The notes under the pieces were generated by a model. That model was not told where the DNA came from. It was given only the letters and a program-made list of their open reading frames with translations, and searched no databases. From Patescibacteria group bacterium (GTDB lineage: Bacteria > Patescibacteriota > Minisyncoccia > UBA6257 > 02-FULL-45-10c), in NCBI GenBank assembly GCA_018969615.1, contig JAGWYA010000004.1, positions 9,922 to 73,921 on the forward strand: a stretch of 64,000 nucleotides of DNA. Direction: 5' to 3'. Positions 47,774 to 57,551 of this stretch are shown here, piece by piece. Within the stretch, counting starts at the first letter, position 1, and every line of letters starts with the position of its first letter. The position numbers and the translations under genes were made by a program.

Positions 47774-47811
47774 TTTTTCTTTTCCGGTGAGCCGCGCTAT
47801 ACTGAACGTAT

Positions 47812-48396
47812 ATGGAATATACACCACAAAATTATGACCGCTTGCTCGGAACTCCGGGATTCAGCGATCTGTTATTAAAAAATCACTTCACGCTGTACCA
47901 GGGGTACGTGAAAAATACCAATAAACTTTCCGATCTGCTCGCAACGCTTGCAGAGGAAGATCAAATGGCGACTCCGGAATATGCGGAGATGAAGCGCCGG
48001 TTCGGCTGGGAGTTCAACGGCATGCGCCTCCATGAACTGTACTTCGGCAATATGGCGAACGGCGGTGCTGCGCTTGAGGATTCTTCGGCGCTTGCCAAGC
48101 AGTTAACGGCGCAGTTCGGTTCGGTCGCGGCATGGGAAAAGGACTTCAAGGCGAGCGGAACGCTCCGCGGGATCGGCTGGACGATCTTGTATCACGATCC
48201 GGCAGGGGATAAGCTCTTCAATACCTGGGTGACCGAGCATGACATGGGGCACTTAGCCGGCTGCACGCCGCTCCTGGTCCTGGATGTCTTCGAACACGCC
48301 TATATTTCCGATTACGGATTGAAGCGCGCCGATTATATCGAGGCGTTCATGAAGGCAGTTGATTGGAAGACGGTCGGCGAGCGTCTGAGGAAATAA
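47812..48396 (+). CDS. Fe/Mn superoxide dismutase
   Basis: HFTLYQGYV, NGMRLHELYF, DVFEHAY. Confidence 0.93.
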   Translation: MEYTPQNYDRLLGTPGFSDLLLKNHFTLYQGYVKNTNKLSDLLATLAEEDQMATPEYAEMKRRFGWEFNGMRLHELYFGNMANGGAALEDSSALAKQLTAQFGSVAAWEKDFKASGTLRGIGWTILYHDPAGDKLFNTWVTEHDMGHLAGCTPLLVLDVFEHAYISDYGLKRADYIEAFMKAVDWKTVGERLRK

Positions 48397-48434
48397 AAAA
48401 GAAGGCCCGTTCCTTAAGGGAACGGGCCTTTTGG

Positions 48435-48971
48435 TTAGGACGGCATTTTCGCCGTCGATCGCATGAAGAGCATCGGCTCGGTCATCCGGCGATTGACCAG
48501 GATGACCAGAACCTCATCAAGAATGCGCTCGTGGTTTTTGAGAATGTAACCGCGCTTGTTCTTTCCGATGATCTCGCGGATGTAGATCTTCAGCTCATCG
48601 TACTCGATCCACCCTTTCTCGACGTTAAGCGCCTGATCCCCGTGCGTGCAGATCATGGAGATGATGTTTTCGCGCGACTTCGGCAAGTCCTTGAGCCAAT
48701 GCAGCGAAGGGCCGAAGTATGAATACGAGCCGTCGTCGTCTTCGAACTTGATGCGAACAAGCTCGCTCAGCGGGAAGGAGAAAGCGGTCCCGAGCCTTAG
48801 GAATTCACCGGGTCTTTCTTCGAGGACGGGCTCGATGATGATCTTTTTATCCTCGCGCCTGATCCTTCCATTCGGAACGCTGTATTCGCGGTTGCTGTCT
48901 AAAAGAACTTTGATGCTGTTCTTGACCTGCGGGAGCTGCGTCAGCCAGTCGCCGTGCTTCGTTACGCTCAT
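48435..48971 (-). CDS. Hypothetical protein
   Basis: GGAGG SD before MSVTKHG; TTGACA upstream; bidirectional terminator 48402-48432. Confidence 0.65.
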   Translation of the reverse strand: MSVTKHGDWLTQLPQVKNSIKVLLDSNREYSVPNGRIRREDKKIIIEPVLEERPGEFLRLGTAFSFPLSELVRIKFEDDDGSYSYFGPSLHWLKDLPKSRENIISMICTHGDQALNVEKGWIEYDELKIYIREIIGKNKRGYILKNHERILDEVLVILVNRRMTEPMLFMRSTAKMPS

Positions 48972-49105
48972 GCGGCCTCCTCTGCGGCAAAGTAACAAAC
49001 AAGCATAGAATACGCCTTTTCATATGATTTGTCAATTTTTGCTTGTATCGCCTCAGAAGAGAACGGTACACTAATGATATACCTTGAAAATTAAAGAGGC
49101 TCACC

Positions 49106-50002
49106 TTGATAAGGTTCCTGATCGCTCTTTTGGTCTTGCAGGCGTGTATTATCGGTTTGTATGTGCTTTCGGGGAAGATGGCGTTTTCCGCCGACCCCAA
49201 TGGCGCATGGCTGATCAAGGATGAGGGAATGGACACCCTTCTCTCGTGGCTTGATCTTAAAAAACTAACTCTTTGGCAGATCGCGCAAAAGATCATTCTC
49301 CTTGCGGGAGGAATGACCGCCCTTCTTTTCGTGATCTCTCACTTTCCGATCGTATTCCTTTGGCTTATGATCGTGTACGATACGGGGCTGACAGCTTATA
49401 TGCTGTGTAAGTATGCGAATGCGCTTTTGGATCTTCCGCTTCGAACAAAGATATTACTTTTTGCCGCTATCGCACTTGCCGTGAATGCGTGGATTGTAAC
49501 GGTTAATTGGGCGACGATCGATTGCGCAGCTTGGCTGATCGGGGTTATGCTTCTGATCCAGTTCAGAAAAACCTCCTTTCGTGCGGCAGTGCTCTTGTCC
49601 GCGGGTATTATGCTTTATGATGCCACGGCGGTCTTCGGGACGCATGTGATGCAGCATGTTGCGACGACACAATTCATGGCGTTACCGGTTTTGTTTTCGA
49701 TCCCGGCATCGCTTTCTCTGTCGTCTCCTGCCATCCTGCATTTGGGATTGGGCGATGTCGTCTTGCCCGGCGCGATCGTGATGATGGCGATCCGGGAATC
49801 GATCGCTCATAAGCGCTCAGTGCTTGCGGTTGCCGCGTTGGGCGGATATGTCGCTGGATTCATAGCAACGATCGTTGTTATGGTTCTCTTCCGCTTTCCG
49901 CAGCCGGCGACCATTTACCTGATGCCGGGAACGCTTCTCGGATTTACGCTCGCCGCATGGCGCGGCGGTCTTTTGAAGAAAATAGCAAACCGATCCTCGT
50001 GA
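49106..50002 (+). CDS. Presenilin/signal-peptide-peptidase-type (A22) intramembrane aspartyl protease (start may be ATG 49229)
   Basis: LYDATAVF (YD), LGLGDVVLPG (GxGD), QPATIYL (PAL-like); multi-TM. Confidence 0.85.
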   Translation: MIRFLIALLVLQACIIGLYVLSGKMAFSADPNGAWLIKDEGMDTLLSWLDLKKLTLWQIAQKIILLAGGMTALLFVISHFPIVFLWLMIVYDTGLTAYMLCKYANALLDLPLRTKILLFAAIALAVNAWIVTVNWATIDCAAWLIGVMLLIQFRKTSFRAAVLLSAGIMLYDATAVFGTHVMQHVATTQFMALPVLFSIPASLSLSSPAILHLGLGDVVLPGAIVMMAIRESIAHKRSVLAVAALGGYVAGFIATIVVMVLFRFPQPATIYLMPGTLLGFTLAAWRGGLLKKIANRSS

Positions 50003-50077
50003 TCGGTTTTTTCTTGACCCGATCTATTTTTTATTGTAAAATATTCATGATCATTGCAAACAAAATAGGAGGCAACT

Positions 50078-51775
50078 ATGAAGCGATGGGCATCGATCCT
50101 GATCGCACTCTGCCTCTTTTCACAGGAGGCTTTCGCAACGGACGCATGGGAGGCTGATCTCGGCACGTCCCAATACGGGTCCTATACATACGACAAGGAT
50201 CAGTTCCATTTCACTGCCGATGTCAGCGATCTTGTGAAGGCGGTGAACGTTTCGTTGCAAATAGGGGAACGGAAAAAGATCCTGTTCACTTTTCTTTCGA
50301 AACGGATCGCGCCGCATGGCGCTACCGCGGTGCGTGCCACGTATGTCGACGAGATCCCGCTTGTCCGCTGGCACGACTGGCGGCTGGAGGATGAGAGCCG
50401 TTTGGGGACGGGGATCGTTTCATCCCATTATTTTTTCCCCGACGGCAATTCGGTTCCGAGCACTGACTTCACGCACTATGCGTTGGGTGCGGGGAATTAC
50501 TTGGTCAATACGTTCCATCTTGGATCGCGCGGACGCATGAGTATGCGTGTCGGCGGCGACGAGACCGGATCGGAGATCAATGATACCGCCGGTGCGATGC
50601 CTGCGCAGTGGGATAGTTATCGGATGCTGATGGACGGAAAGGCTTCGTGGCGTTTTTCGCGATTAGCGACGATCAACGCTACGGCATCCCTTTCGCGCAC
50701 TCGTTACAATCCCGACCGGTATTTCTTCGTTCAGAATTGGGCAAAGGAATACCACGGAAATATGAGCGTGACGTGGGCGCCGGTCTCCCAATGGGAGATC
50801 ATCCCATCGCTCGGATACGATTATGTGGATATCGAGCGTGATGCGCGCATCGATCTCGAACGGCCTTCGGTCGGCATGATGGTGGTACGAAAAAACATCG
50901 TATCGGCTCATGACCGGATGTATGTCCGGGGGATCTATGCGCCATGGCGCCAGATGCGCGGACAGGATACGCTTCTTGCGGCCGGGTTCTCTTATAAGAA
51001 CGTTGGCGGCGAGGTCTATCGCCGCGAGACGAACGCGGTTTACTCAACGTTCGTTGAGAAAAGCGCCTTAACCGGACTCAGATTTTCGTGGCGGTTCGGC
51101 GAGGCGGCTTTCCATGCGCGGGAAGGATTGAAGCGGTATCGTTCTCCGGAGCGGAAATACGCTTTCTACTATCCGGGCGATCAGGTTACCGACGATACAT
51201 CATTGAGCCGGACGCAACAGGCTGAGCGCCTCGGAAATCTTCGGCGGCGGATCGCATGGAGCGGACAGTACTTGACTTGGAAGGAGGCGCCCAACGGCGG
51301 CCTGGGATTCAGGTATCAGGATACAACCTACGCCGGCCGGGCAGGAGATTGCGATGAGCAGTCCTGCATGAATAATTCGATGGACCGCTTGAACGGTTAT
51401 AGGGCATATTCACTTGCCTGGTGGGATTATTCGAAGGCGTACGAAGGCCATGCCGTTGAGCTCGTCCAGGACCTGACGAACAAGGAGTGGTTCTGGGTCG
51501 AGTATGGAATGGTCTATAAACTGCGGGTCAATCCGAACATGACGATGGAGCAGATCATGCGGGAAGCGTTGGCGCAGAACAATCAGTTCTCGGCGCTGCC
51601 GATCAAAGATCCGAGCCAAACGCATTTCGAGCTCATTCAGTGTGATACGCAAGGAACCTATACTACGGTCTCGCCGTATTACACGCTGAGAACGATGATG
51701 CGGTCATCGGACCGGCCGGCGATCGAACGAGGGATCGACCTTTTCACGAAACGAGATTTCGTGCTGGGCGATTGA
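50078..51775 (+). CDS. Secreted protein: beta-barrel-like region plus a transglutaminase-like C-terminal domain
   Basis: Signal peptide ending AFA; amphipathic strands to LRFSWRF; GDCDEQS, GHAV, WFWVE. Confidence 0.6.
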   Translation: MKRWASILIALCLFSQEAFATDAWEADLGTSQYGSYTYDKDQFHFTADVSDLVKAVNVSLQIGERKKILFTFLSKRIAPHGATAVRATYVDEIPLVRWHDWRLEDESRLGTGIVSSHYFFPDGNSVPSTDFTHYALGAGNYLVNTFHLGSRGRMSMRVGGDETGSEINDTAGAMPAQWDSYRMLMDGKASWRFSRLATINATASLSRTRYNPDRYFFVQNWAKEYHGNMSVTWAPVSQWEIIPSLGYDYVDIERDARIDLERPSVGMMVVRKNIVSAHDRMYVRGIYAPWRQMRGQDTLLAAGFSYKNVGGEVYRRETNAVYSTFVEKSALTGLRFSWRFGEAAFHAREGLKRYRSPERKYAFYYPGDQVTDDTSLSRTQQAERLGNLRRRIAWSGQYLTWKEAPNGGLGFRYQDTTYAGRAGDCDEQSCMNNSMDRLNGYRAYSLAWWDYSKAYEGHAVELVQDLTNKEWFWVEYGMVYKLRVNPNMTMEQIMREALAQNNQFSALPIKDPSQTHFELIQCDTQGTYTTVSPYYTLRTMMRSSDRPAIERGIDLFTKRDFVLGD

Positions 51776-51843
51776 AATATCAAGGAGCGAACGCTGTTCG
51801 CTCCTTTTTTATGGCCATAGTGCGGGTGTGCTATGATAGGGAT

Positions 51844-52887
51844 ATGTTTACGTTCTTATCGTATCTTTTTGTCGTCATCGGCCTTTCGGTGCTGGTCTTG
51901 GTCCATGAGGCGGGCCATTTTCTTGCGGCAAAGGCATATGGGATCTTTGTGGAAGAGTTCGGGTTCGGTCTCCCGCCGCGGATCACCGGACGCCGCTTCG
52001 GCGAGACACTTGTATCGATCAATTGGCTGCCGTTCGGCGGGTTTGTCAGACTGTTTGGAGAGCAGCCGGCTCATGAAGGCGAGGCGGTTTCGAAAGTTCC
52101 GCCGGCGCGAAGTTTCAGCGAACAGTCTGTCGGCAAACGAACGATGGTCATCGCCGCGGGTGTCGCGATGAATTTTCTTTTGGGATGGTTCTTGCTCTCG
52201 GCGGTCTTTATGGTGGGGATCCCGCAAACTCTTACGGTCACCGATATCCAGCAGGGAAGCGCTGCGCAGCGTGCCGGGATCCAAAAGGGAGATCAATTAC
52301 TGGGTTTTCCGACCATTGCCGATCTTACGGCTTTTTTGGAACAACGCGGCGGAATGACGGTCCCGCTTAGGATCGTTCGCAATAACGTCGAACAGACGGT
52401 ATCGGCGGTGCTCCCGATCCCTCCAGCGGGCACCGATGTCCACCTTGGCGTGTATTTGGTTGAATCCGGTGTCCCTCAGTTAAGCGTTGGGGAGAGCATT
52501 ACGCGGGGACTTTCCGATGCGTGGGAAATTTCCATCGGGATCGTTACCGCGCTTGGCGCATTGATCATGGGTTTCTTCGGGCATGGTGCCGCAGTCGGCG
52601 GATTCGTAGGTCCGGTGGGGATCGTCACGGTTGCGGCGCAGACCGCGCGGCAGGGCATTGTGTATTTCATGCAACTCCTCGCCCTCTTATCCCTGAACCT
52701 TGCGGTGTTCAATATCATTCCGTTCCCGGCGCTGGACGGCGGCCGTCTGGCGTTCCTGGTCTTTGAAAGGCTCACCGGGCGGAAAGCGAATGAGCGTCTG
52801 GAAGCCGCGTTCAATACGATCGGTTTTGCGATCCTCCTTTTATTGATCGCGATCGTGACCGCACACGATATCTTGAGGCTTCTTTAG
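51844..52887 (+). CDS. rseP: M50 family site-2 protease with PDZ domain
   Basis: HEAGH, PFGGFV, AGVAMN, NIIPFPALDGG. Confidence 0.95.
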   Translation: MFTFLSYLFVVIGLSVLVLVHEAGHFLAAKAYGIFVEEFGFGLPPRITGRRFGETLVSINWLPFGGFVRLFGEQPAHEGEAVSKVPPARSFSEQSVGKRTMVIAAGVAMNFLLGWFLLSAVFMVGIPQTLTVTDIQQGSAAQRAGIQKGDQLLGFPTIADLTAFLEQRGGMTVPLRIVRNNVEQTVSAVLPIPPAGTDVHLGVYLVESGVPQLSVGESITRGLSDAWEISIGIVTALGALIMGFFGHGAAVGGFVGPVGIVTVAAQTARQGIVYFMQLLALLSLNLAVFNIIPFPALDGGRLAFLVFERLTGRKANERLEAAFNTIGFAILLLLIAIVTAHDILRLL

Positions 52888-52973
52888 GGCGTTTCAGGAA
52901 CGGTTTGCCTGCGATATTTTTTCTTTACCGCGGGGTTTTTTTCTGATAAGAGGCATGGTATTATTTCCTCATA

Positions 52974-54221
52974 ATGTTGCAGTCCCATTTATTCAGTAAA
53001 ACATCTAAGCAGCTTCCGGAAGGGGAGGAATCGAAGAACGCCCAGCTTTTGATCAAAGGCGGCTTTATCAATAAATCGTCCGCCGGCGTCTATACGTTCC
53101 TTCCGTTGGGGCTGCGAGTTTTAAATAAAGTGAACCAGATCATCCGCGAAGAGATGAATGCGATCGGCGCATCCGAGCTTTTGATGCCGTCACTGATCCA
53201 GAAGAAATACTGGGAGCAATCGGGCCGGTGGGATGTTGATGTGATCTATCGCACGGGCGAGGGCGCAAAGACAGAAAAGGATTTTCAGTACGGTCTCGGG
53301 TGGACCCACGAAGAAGTGATCACGGCGATCGCGAAGCATTTTATCAGTTCGTATAAGGATTTGCCGCGGGCGGCCTATCAGATCCAAACGAAGTTCCGTG
53401 CGGAAGTGCGCGCGCAGGCGGGTATTTTGCGCGGCCGCGAATTTTTGATGAAGGATCTGTACAGTTTTCATGTGGACCGCGCCGATCTCGATCGGTATTA
53501 CCAGGAGGTCATCACAGCGTATAAGAAGATCTTCTCACGGCTGGGCTTGAAGGCATTGGTGACGGAAGCGTCCGGAGGCGCGTTCACAAAGGAATATACG
53601 CATGAGTTCCAAGTGCTCCATCCGTCGGGAGAGGATACGGTTTATTATTGTGAAGCGTGCGGATTCAGCCAGAACAAGGAGATCTATACGCCGGAGGCGC
53701 ATAAAGAATGCTCGGGCGAGGTACGCTCGGGGCAGGCGATCGAAGTGGGAAATGTGTTCAAGCTGGGAACGAAGTTCTCGGATGCGTTCAAGCTTTCCTA
53801 TACTGATTCCGAGGGAGCAAAACATCCGGTGGTCATGGGCTCTTATGGCATCGGACCGACCCGCGTAATGGGGACGATCGCGGAAGTGCATAGTGACGAG
53901 AAGGGTCTTACGTGGCCGTCAGCGGTTGCGCCGTTTTCCGTGCATCTGATCGCGCTCGGCGACAGTTCCGAGGTCCTTTTGGCGGCTCAAAAGGCCTATG
54001 AGCTTTTATCTGGACTTGTCGGTGAAAGCGAGGTATTATATGACGAAAGAAGCGCATCGGCCGGTGAAAAACTGAACGATGCCGACCTTTTGGGTATTCC
54101 GCTTCGGGTCGTGGTCAGCGCCAAGACCGTTGCGGCTGAAAAAGTTGAAGTGAAGAAGCGGTCCGAGAAAACGGCCGCGCTGATGACGCTGGACCAATTG
54201 GAAGCATCCGTGCGTAGTTAA
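52974..54221 (+). CDS. proS: Proline--tRNA ligase (short, no INS editing domain)
   Basis: THEEVIT, YQIQTKFRAE, REFLMKDLYSF, IEVGNVFKLG, MGSYGIG. Confidence 0.97.
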   Translation: MLQSHLFSKTSKQLPEGEESKNAQLLIKGGFINKSSAGVYTFLPLGLRVLNKVNQIIREEMNAIGASELLMPSLIQKKYWEQSGRWDVDVIYRTGEGAKTEKDFQYGLGWTHEEVITAIAKHFISSYKDLPRAAYQIQTKFRAEVRAQAGILRGREFLMKDLYSFHVDRADLDRYYQEVITAYKKIFSRLGLKALVTEASGGAFTKEYTHEFQVLHPSGEDTVYYCEACGFSQNKEIYTPEAHKECSGEVRSGQAIEVGNVFKLGTKFSDAFKLSYTDSEGAKHPVVMGSYGIGPTRVMGTIAEVHSDEKGLTWPSAVAPFSVHLIALGDSSEVLLAAQKAYELLSGLVGESEVLYDERSASAGEKLNDADLLGIPLRVVVSAKTVAAEKVEVKKRSEKTAALMTLDQLEASVRS

Positions 54222-54242
54222 TCCTCTTACCCCTTATCTTTT

Positions 54243-54545
54243 ATGGAAAAGTTTCCTTCCCGTGGCGGGCATGAGAATAAAGAGCCGCGTTTCGATTTCA
54301 AGAAGACATTGAAAGAGATATCGGATCTTGCGAAAGAAAAACTGGGTCCGGCGGAGCGCAAACACGGCTTTAAGGGAACTCGGGAAAGCGATCGAAAGGC
54401 GGCAGGCGGAGTTGAACCGTTCTATGTTGAACAAAGCGATATTGATGCGCTCCCGGGAAATCTTCATGAAGCGATGAGCCATCCGGGACCCGAAGAGCAC
54501 GAGGAGGAAGGATATGAAGAGACCGATCCGTATGATGGCGAATAA
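54243..54545 (+). CDS. Hypothetical charged protein
   Basis: 100-aa ORF filling the proS-mreB gap; acidic tail. Confidence 0.5.
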   Translation: MEKFPSRGGHENKEPRFDFKKTLKEISDLAKEKLGPAERKHGFKGTRESDRKAAGGVEPFYVEQSDIDALPGNLHEAMSHPGPEEHEEEGYEETDPYDGE

Positions 54546-54566
54546 ATAATCTCAGACCTCTCTATT

Positions 54567-55619
54567 ATGAAGAATCCATTCATCTATTTTACAAAAAGCA
54601 TCGGTGTCGATCTCGGAACGGCGAATTCGCTGGTGTATGTCGCCGGGCGGGGGATCGTGATCAACGAGCCGTCCATTGCGGCGGTGAACAATAAAACAGG
54701 GCAGGTCCTCGCGATCGGTGATGAGGCGAAGAAAATGGTCGGCAGAACGCCGGCGCATATCACTATCATCCGTCCGTTGGTGAACGGCGTTATTTCTGAT
54801 TTCGATATGACGCAGGAAATGCTCAAATATTTTTTCAAAAAGATCGGCGCGAACAACGATCTGCTTCACTATAACCGCGCGGTCATCGGCGTGCCGACGA
54901 ACCTGACCGAAGTGGAACGCAAGTCGGTGGAAGATGCGGTGATCGGCGCCGGAGCGAAGAAGGCGTACGTTGTTGAAGAGCCGCTGGCGGCGGCGATCGG
55001 TGCACGATTGCCGATCGACCAGCCGACCGCAAGCATGATCGTTGATATCGGCGGGGGAACCACTGAGATCGCGGTGATCTCCATGGGCGGGATCGTAACC
55101 TCGAAGAGCTTGAAGGTCGCCGGCGACCGCTTGAACGATGACATCATTCGTTTTATCCGTGAAGAGTTCAAACTTGCCGTAGGCGAGCCGACCGCGGAGG
55201 AACTGAAGATGACGATCGGAAGCGCCACCGCTGCCGGGTCCGAGAAGCTTGATATGCCGGTGCGCGGGCGCGATATGGCGACCGGCCTCCCGAAAGAGAT
55301 CATCTTGAAAGATGTGCACGTTCGCGCGGCGATGGCCCGTTCCGTGAAGATGATGCTGGATGCGATCCACGAAGTGATCGAGACGACGCCTCCTGAGCTG
55401 GTCGGCGACATGCTCCGCAACGGGGTGTACCTGTCCGGGGGCGGTTCTTTACTGAAGAATCTCGACAAACTGCTTGAAAAGGAGCTGATGGTGCCGGTGC
55501 GCGTGATCGACGATCCGCTGACCGCCGTTGTGCGCGGATGCGGCATCGCCGTTGAACAGTTCGATAAGTTCTATAATGTGGTGAATAACCCGCTTCGTCC
55601 GCGGGACATTAAAATATAG
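54567..55619 (+). CDS. mreB: Rod shape-determining protein MreB, copy 2
   Basis: GVDLGTAN, RPLVNGVISD, DIGGGTTE, TPPEL. Confidence 0.96.
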   Translation: MKNPFIYFTKSIGVDLGTANSLVYVAGRGIVINEPSIAAVNNKTGQVLAIGDEAKKMVGRTPAHITIIRPLVNGVISDFDMTQEMLKYFFKKIGANNDLLHYNRAVIGVPTNLTEVERKSVEDAVIGAGAKKAYVVEEPLAAAIGARLPIDQPTASMIVDIGGGTTEIAVISMGGIVTSKSLKVAGDRLNDDIIRFIREEFKLAVGEPTAEELKMTIGSATAAGSEKLDMPVRGRDMATGLPKEIILKDVHVRAAMARSVKMMLDAIHEVIETTPPELVGDMLRNGVYLSGGGSLLKNLDKLLEKELMVPVRVIDDPLTAVVRGCGIAVEQFDKFYNVVNNPLRPRDIKI

Positions 55620-55661
55620 CAGCCGCGATGAGCGGTGCGCGAGAGACCTTGGTAGCCCACC

Positions 55662-57530
55662 ATGGATGACTTTAATTTGGAACATTCCATCATTGAGAGC
55701 GGGATCAAGAATGACCTGGAGGTCATGGAAGTCCCGCTTTCGAAGAACGCCTTCCGCCTGATCAGCGTCATGGTGATCCTTTTTGTCGGCACCGTTTTTC
55801 TCCGCGTGTTCGACCTCTCGGTGGTCCAGGGAGCGTTCTATTCCGAGCGGTCCGCGATGAATGTGACCGAACCGGTGACCCTTCCTGCGACCCGCGGAGT
55901 GATCTACGGACGGTATGGAACGGTCTTGGCCACGAACAAGCCCGCGTTCCGCGTTGTCTTCAATGCGGTGACCGCGGAGCAGGAACATTTGGACCTTGCG
56001 AAAGTGGCAAGCGAAGCGGGGCCGATCCTCCAGATGAGCGAGTCCGATCTGCAAACGACCTTGGGACAGGCGAATATCGAGAAGACCGCCTTGGTGACGC
56101 TCGCGCGCAATGTTGATTCCCAGCAGATCGCCGCGATCGAAAAGTTGAATGAAAAAGCGCTGGAAGTGCAGGATGACTACACTCGCGTTTATCCCATGGG
56201 ACCCGCGTTCGCTCAGGTCATCGGGTATACCGGCCTTGCGCAATACGGCGAGGTGCATGGGCGGGCGGGGTTGGAGCAGTATTACGACAGCGAGCTTTCG
56301 GGTACGGACGGGACGCGTCTTTTTTATCGGTCCGCGACCGGCGATCTGCTGGGCGAGAAGCTTTTGACCGCTCCGCAGAACGGCGAAGATATGCATACGA
56401 CGATCGATGCGGGGTTGCAGCAGTATTTTTACGATCGGATCGTGCAGGACCTGCATGATCTGGGAAGGAACATCGGTCTGGGGATCGCACTGGATCCGAA
56501 TACCGGACAGGTGCTCGCCATGGTGAACGTGCCGAGCTATGACAATAATATCTTTACCGATGCATCGCCGGCTTCCACCGCCGCGCGCGCCGCTTTGCTT
56601 TCGGCTCCGTATGAACCGTTGTTCAACCGGGCGATCTCCGGCCAATATACGCCGGGATCGACCATTAAGCCGGTTGATGCGATCGGCGGCTTAACGGACG
56701 GCGTGATCACGCCGCAGACCGAGGTTTTTTCGAAAGGCTACATCGAACTGCCGAACCCGTATGATCCGGCGCATCCGAGCCGGTTCTATGATTATGAGCC
56801 GAACGGCTGGGTGAATGTGCGTTCCGCGCTTGCCCGCTCGAGCAATATCTTTTTCTATGCGACCGGCGGCGGCTTCGGCGATGTGTCCGGCTTAGGGATC
56901 GATCGCCTGAAGCAGTGGTGGCAATTCTTCGGGTACGGATCGAAGACCGGCATCGACCTTGCCGGCGAGAGCGTCGGTTTCTTGCCTGACCCTCAGGAAA
57001 AAGAAGCGGTGAAGCATGACATCTGGCGTATCGGCGATACGTACAACGTATCGATCGGCCAGGGAGATCTTCTGGTGACGCCGATCCAACTGATCAGGCA
57101 GATCGCTTCGATCGCAGCGAACGGAAAGGAGTATAAACCTTATCTGATGCAGGAATTAGTCGGATCGAACGGCACGACGACCGTCGCGACGCCTGATCTG
57201 ACCTTGGATTATTCGAACCTTGCACCCGCGATCACTGAAGTCCAGCAGGGCATGCAGGATGTGGTCAGAATGCCGTATGGAACCGCTTATGAGCTGCACG
57301 ACCTTCCGTTCCCGGTCGCGGCGAAGACGGGAACATCGCAGACCGACAATAACCAGAAGGTGAACGCGCTGTTCGTCGGATACGCGCCGGCAGATCATCC
57401 GCAGGTCGTAGTTTTGGTATTGGTTGAGAATGCGAATCAAAGCAGCTTGAACGTGGTGCCGGTCGGCAAGGACGTATTGAATTGGTATTACCAGAACCGC
57501 ATTCTCACGCCGGGAACTGCCCTTCAGTAG
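55662..57530 (+). CDS. mrdA: Penicillin-binding protein 2 (class B transpeptidase)
   Basis: RGVIY, GLEQYYD, PGSTIK (SxxK), SSN, KTGT. Confidence 0.93.
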   Translation: MDDFNLEHSIIESGIKNDLEVMEVPLSKNAFRLISVMVILFVGTVFLRVFDLSVVQGAFYSERSAMNVTEPVTLPATRGVIYGRYGTVLATNKPAFRVVFNAVTAEQEHLDLAKVASEAGPILQMSESDLQTTLGQANIEKTALVTLARNVDSQQIAAIEKLNEKALEVQDDYTRVYPMGPAFAQVIGYTGLAQYGEVHGRAGLEQYYDSELSGTDGTRLFYRSATGDLLGEKLLTAPQNGEDMHTTIDAGLQQYFYDRIVQDLHDLGRNIGLGIALDPNTGQVLAMVNVPSYDNNIFTDASPASTAARAALLSAPYEPLFNRAISGQYTPGSTIKPVDAIGGLTDGVITPQTEVFSKGYIELPNPYDPAHPSRFYDYEPNGWVNVRSALARSSNIFFYATGGGFGDVSGLGIDRLKQWWQFFGYGSKTGIDLAGESVGFLPDPQEKEAVKHDIWRIGDTYNVSIGQGDLLVTPIQLIRQIASIAANGKEYKPYLMQELVGSNGTTTVATPDLTLDYSNLAPAITEVQQGMQDVVRMPYGTAYELHDLPFPVAAKTGTSQTDNNQKVNALFVGYAPADHPQVVVLVLVENANQSSLNVVPVGKDVLNWYYQNRILTPGTALQ

Positions 57531-57551
57531 GTTTTACGGTATACTGGAAAG

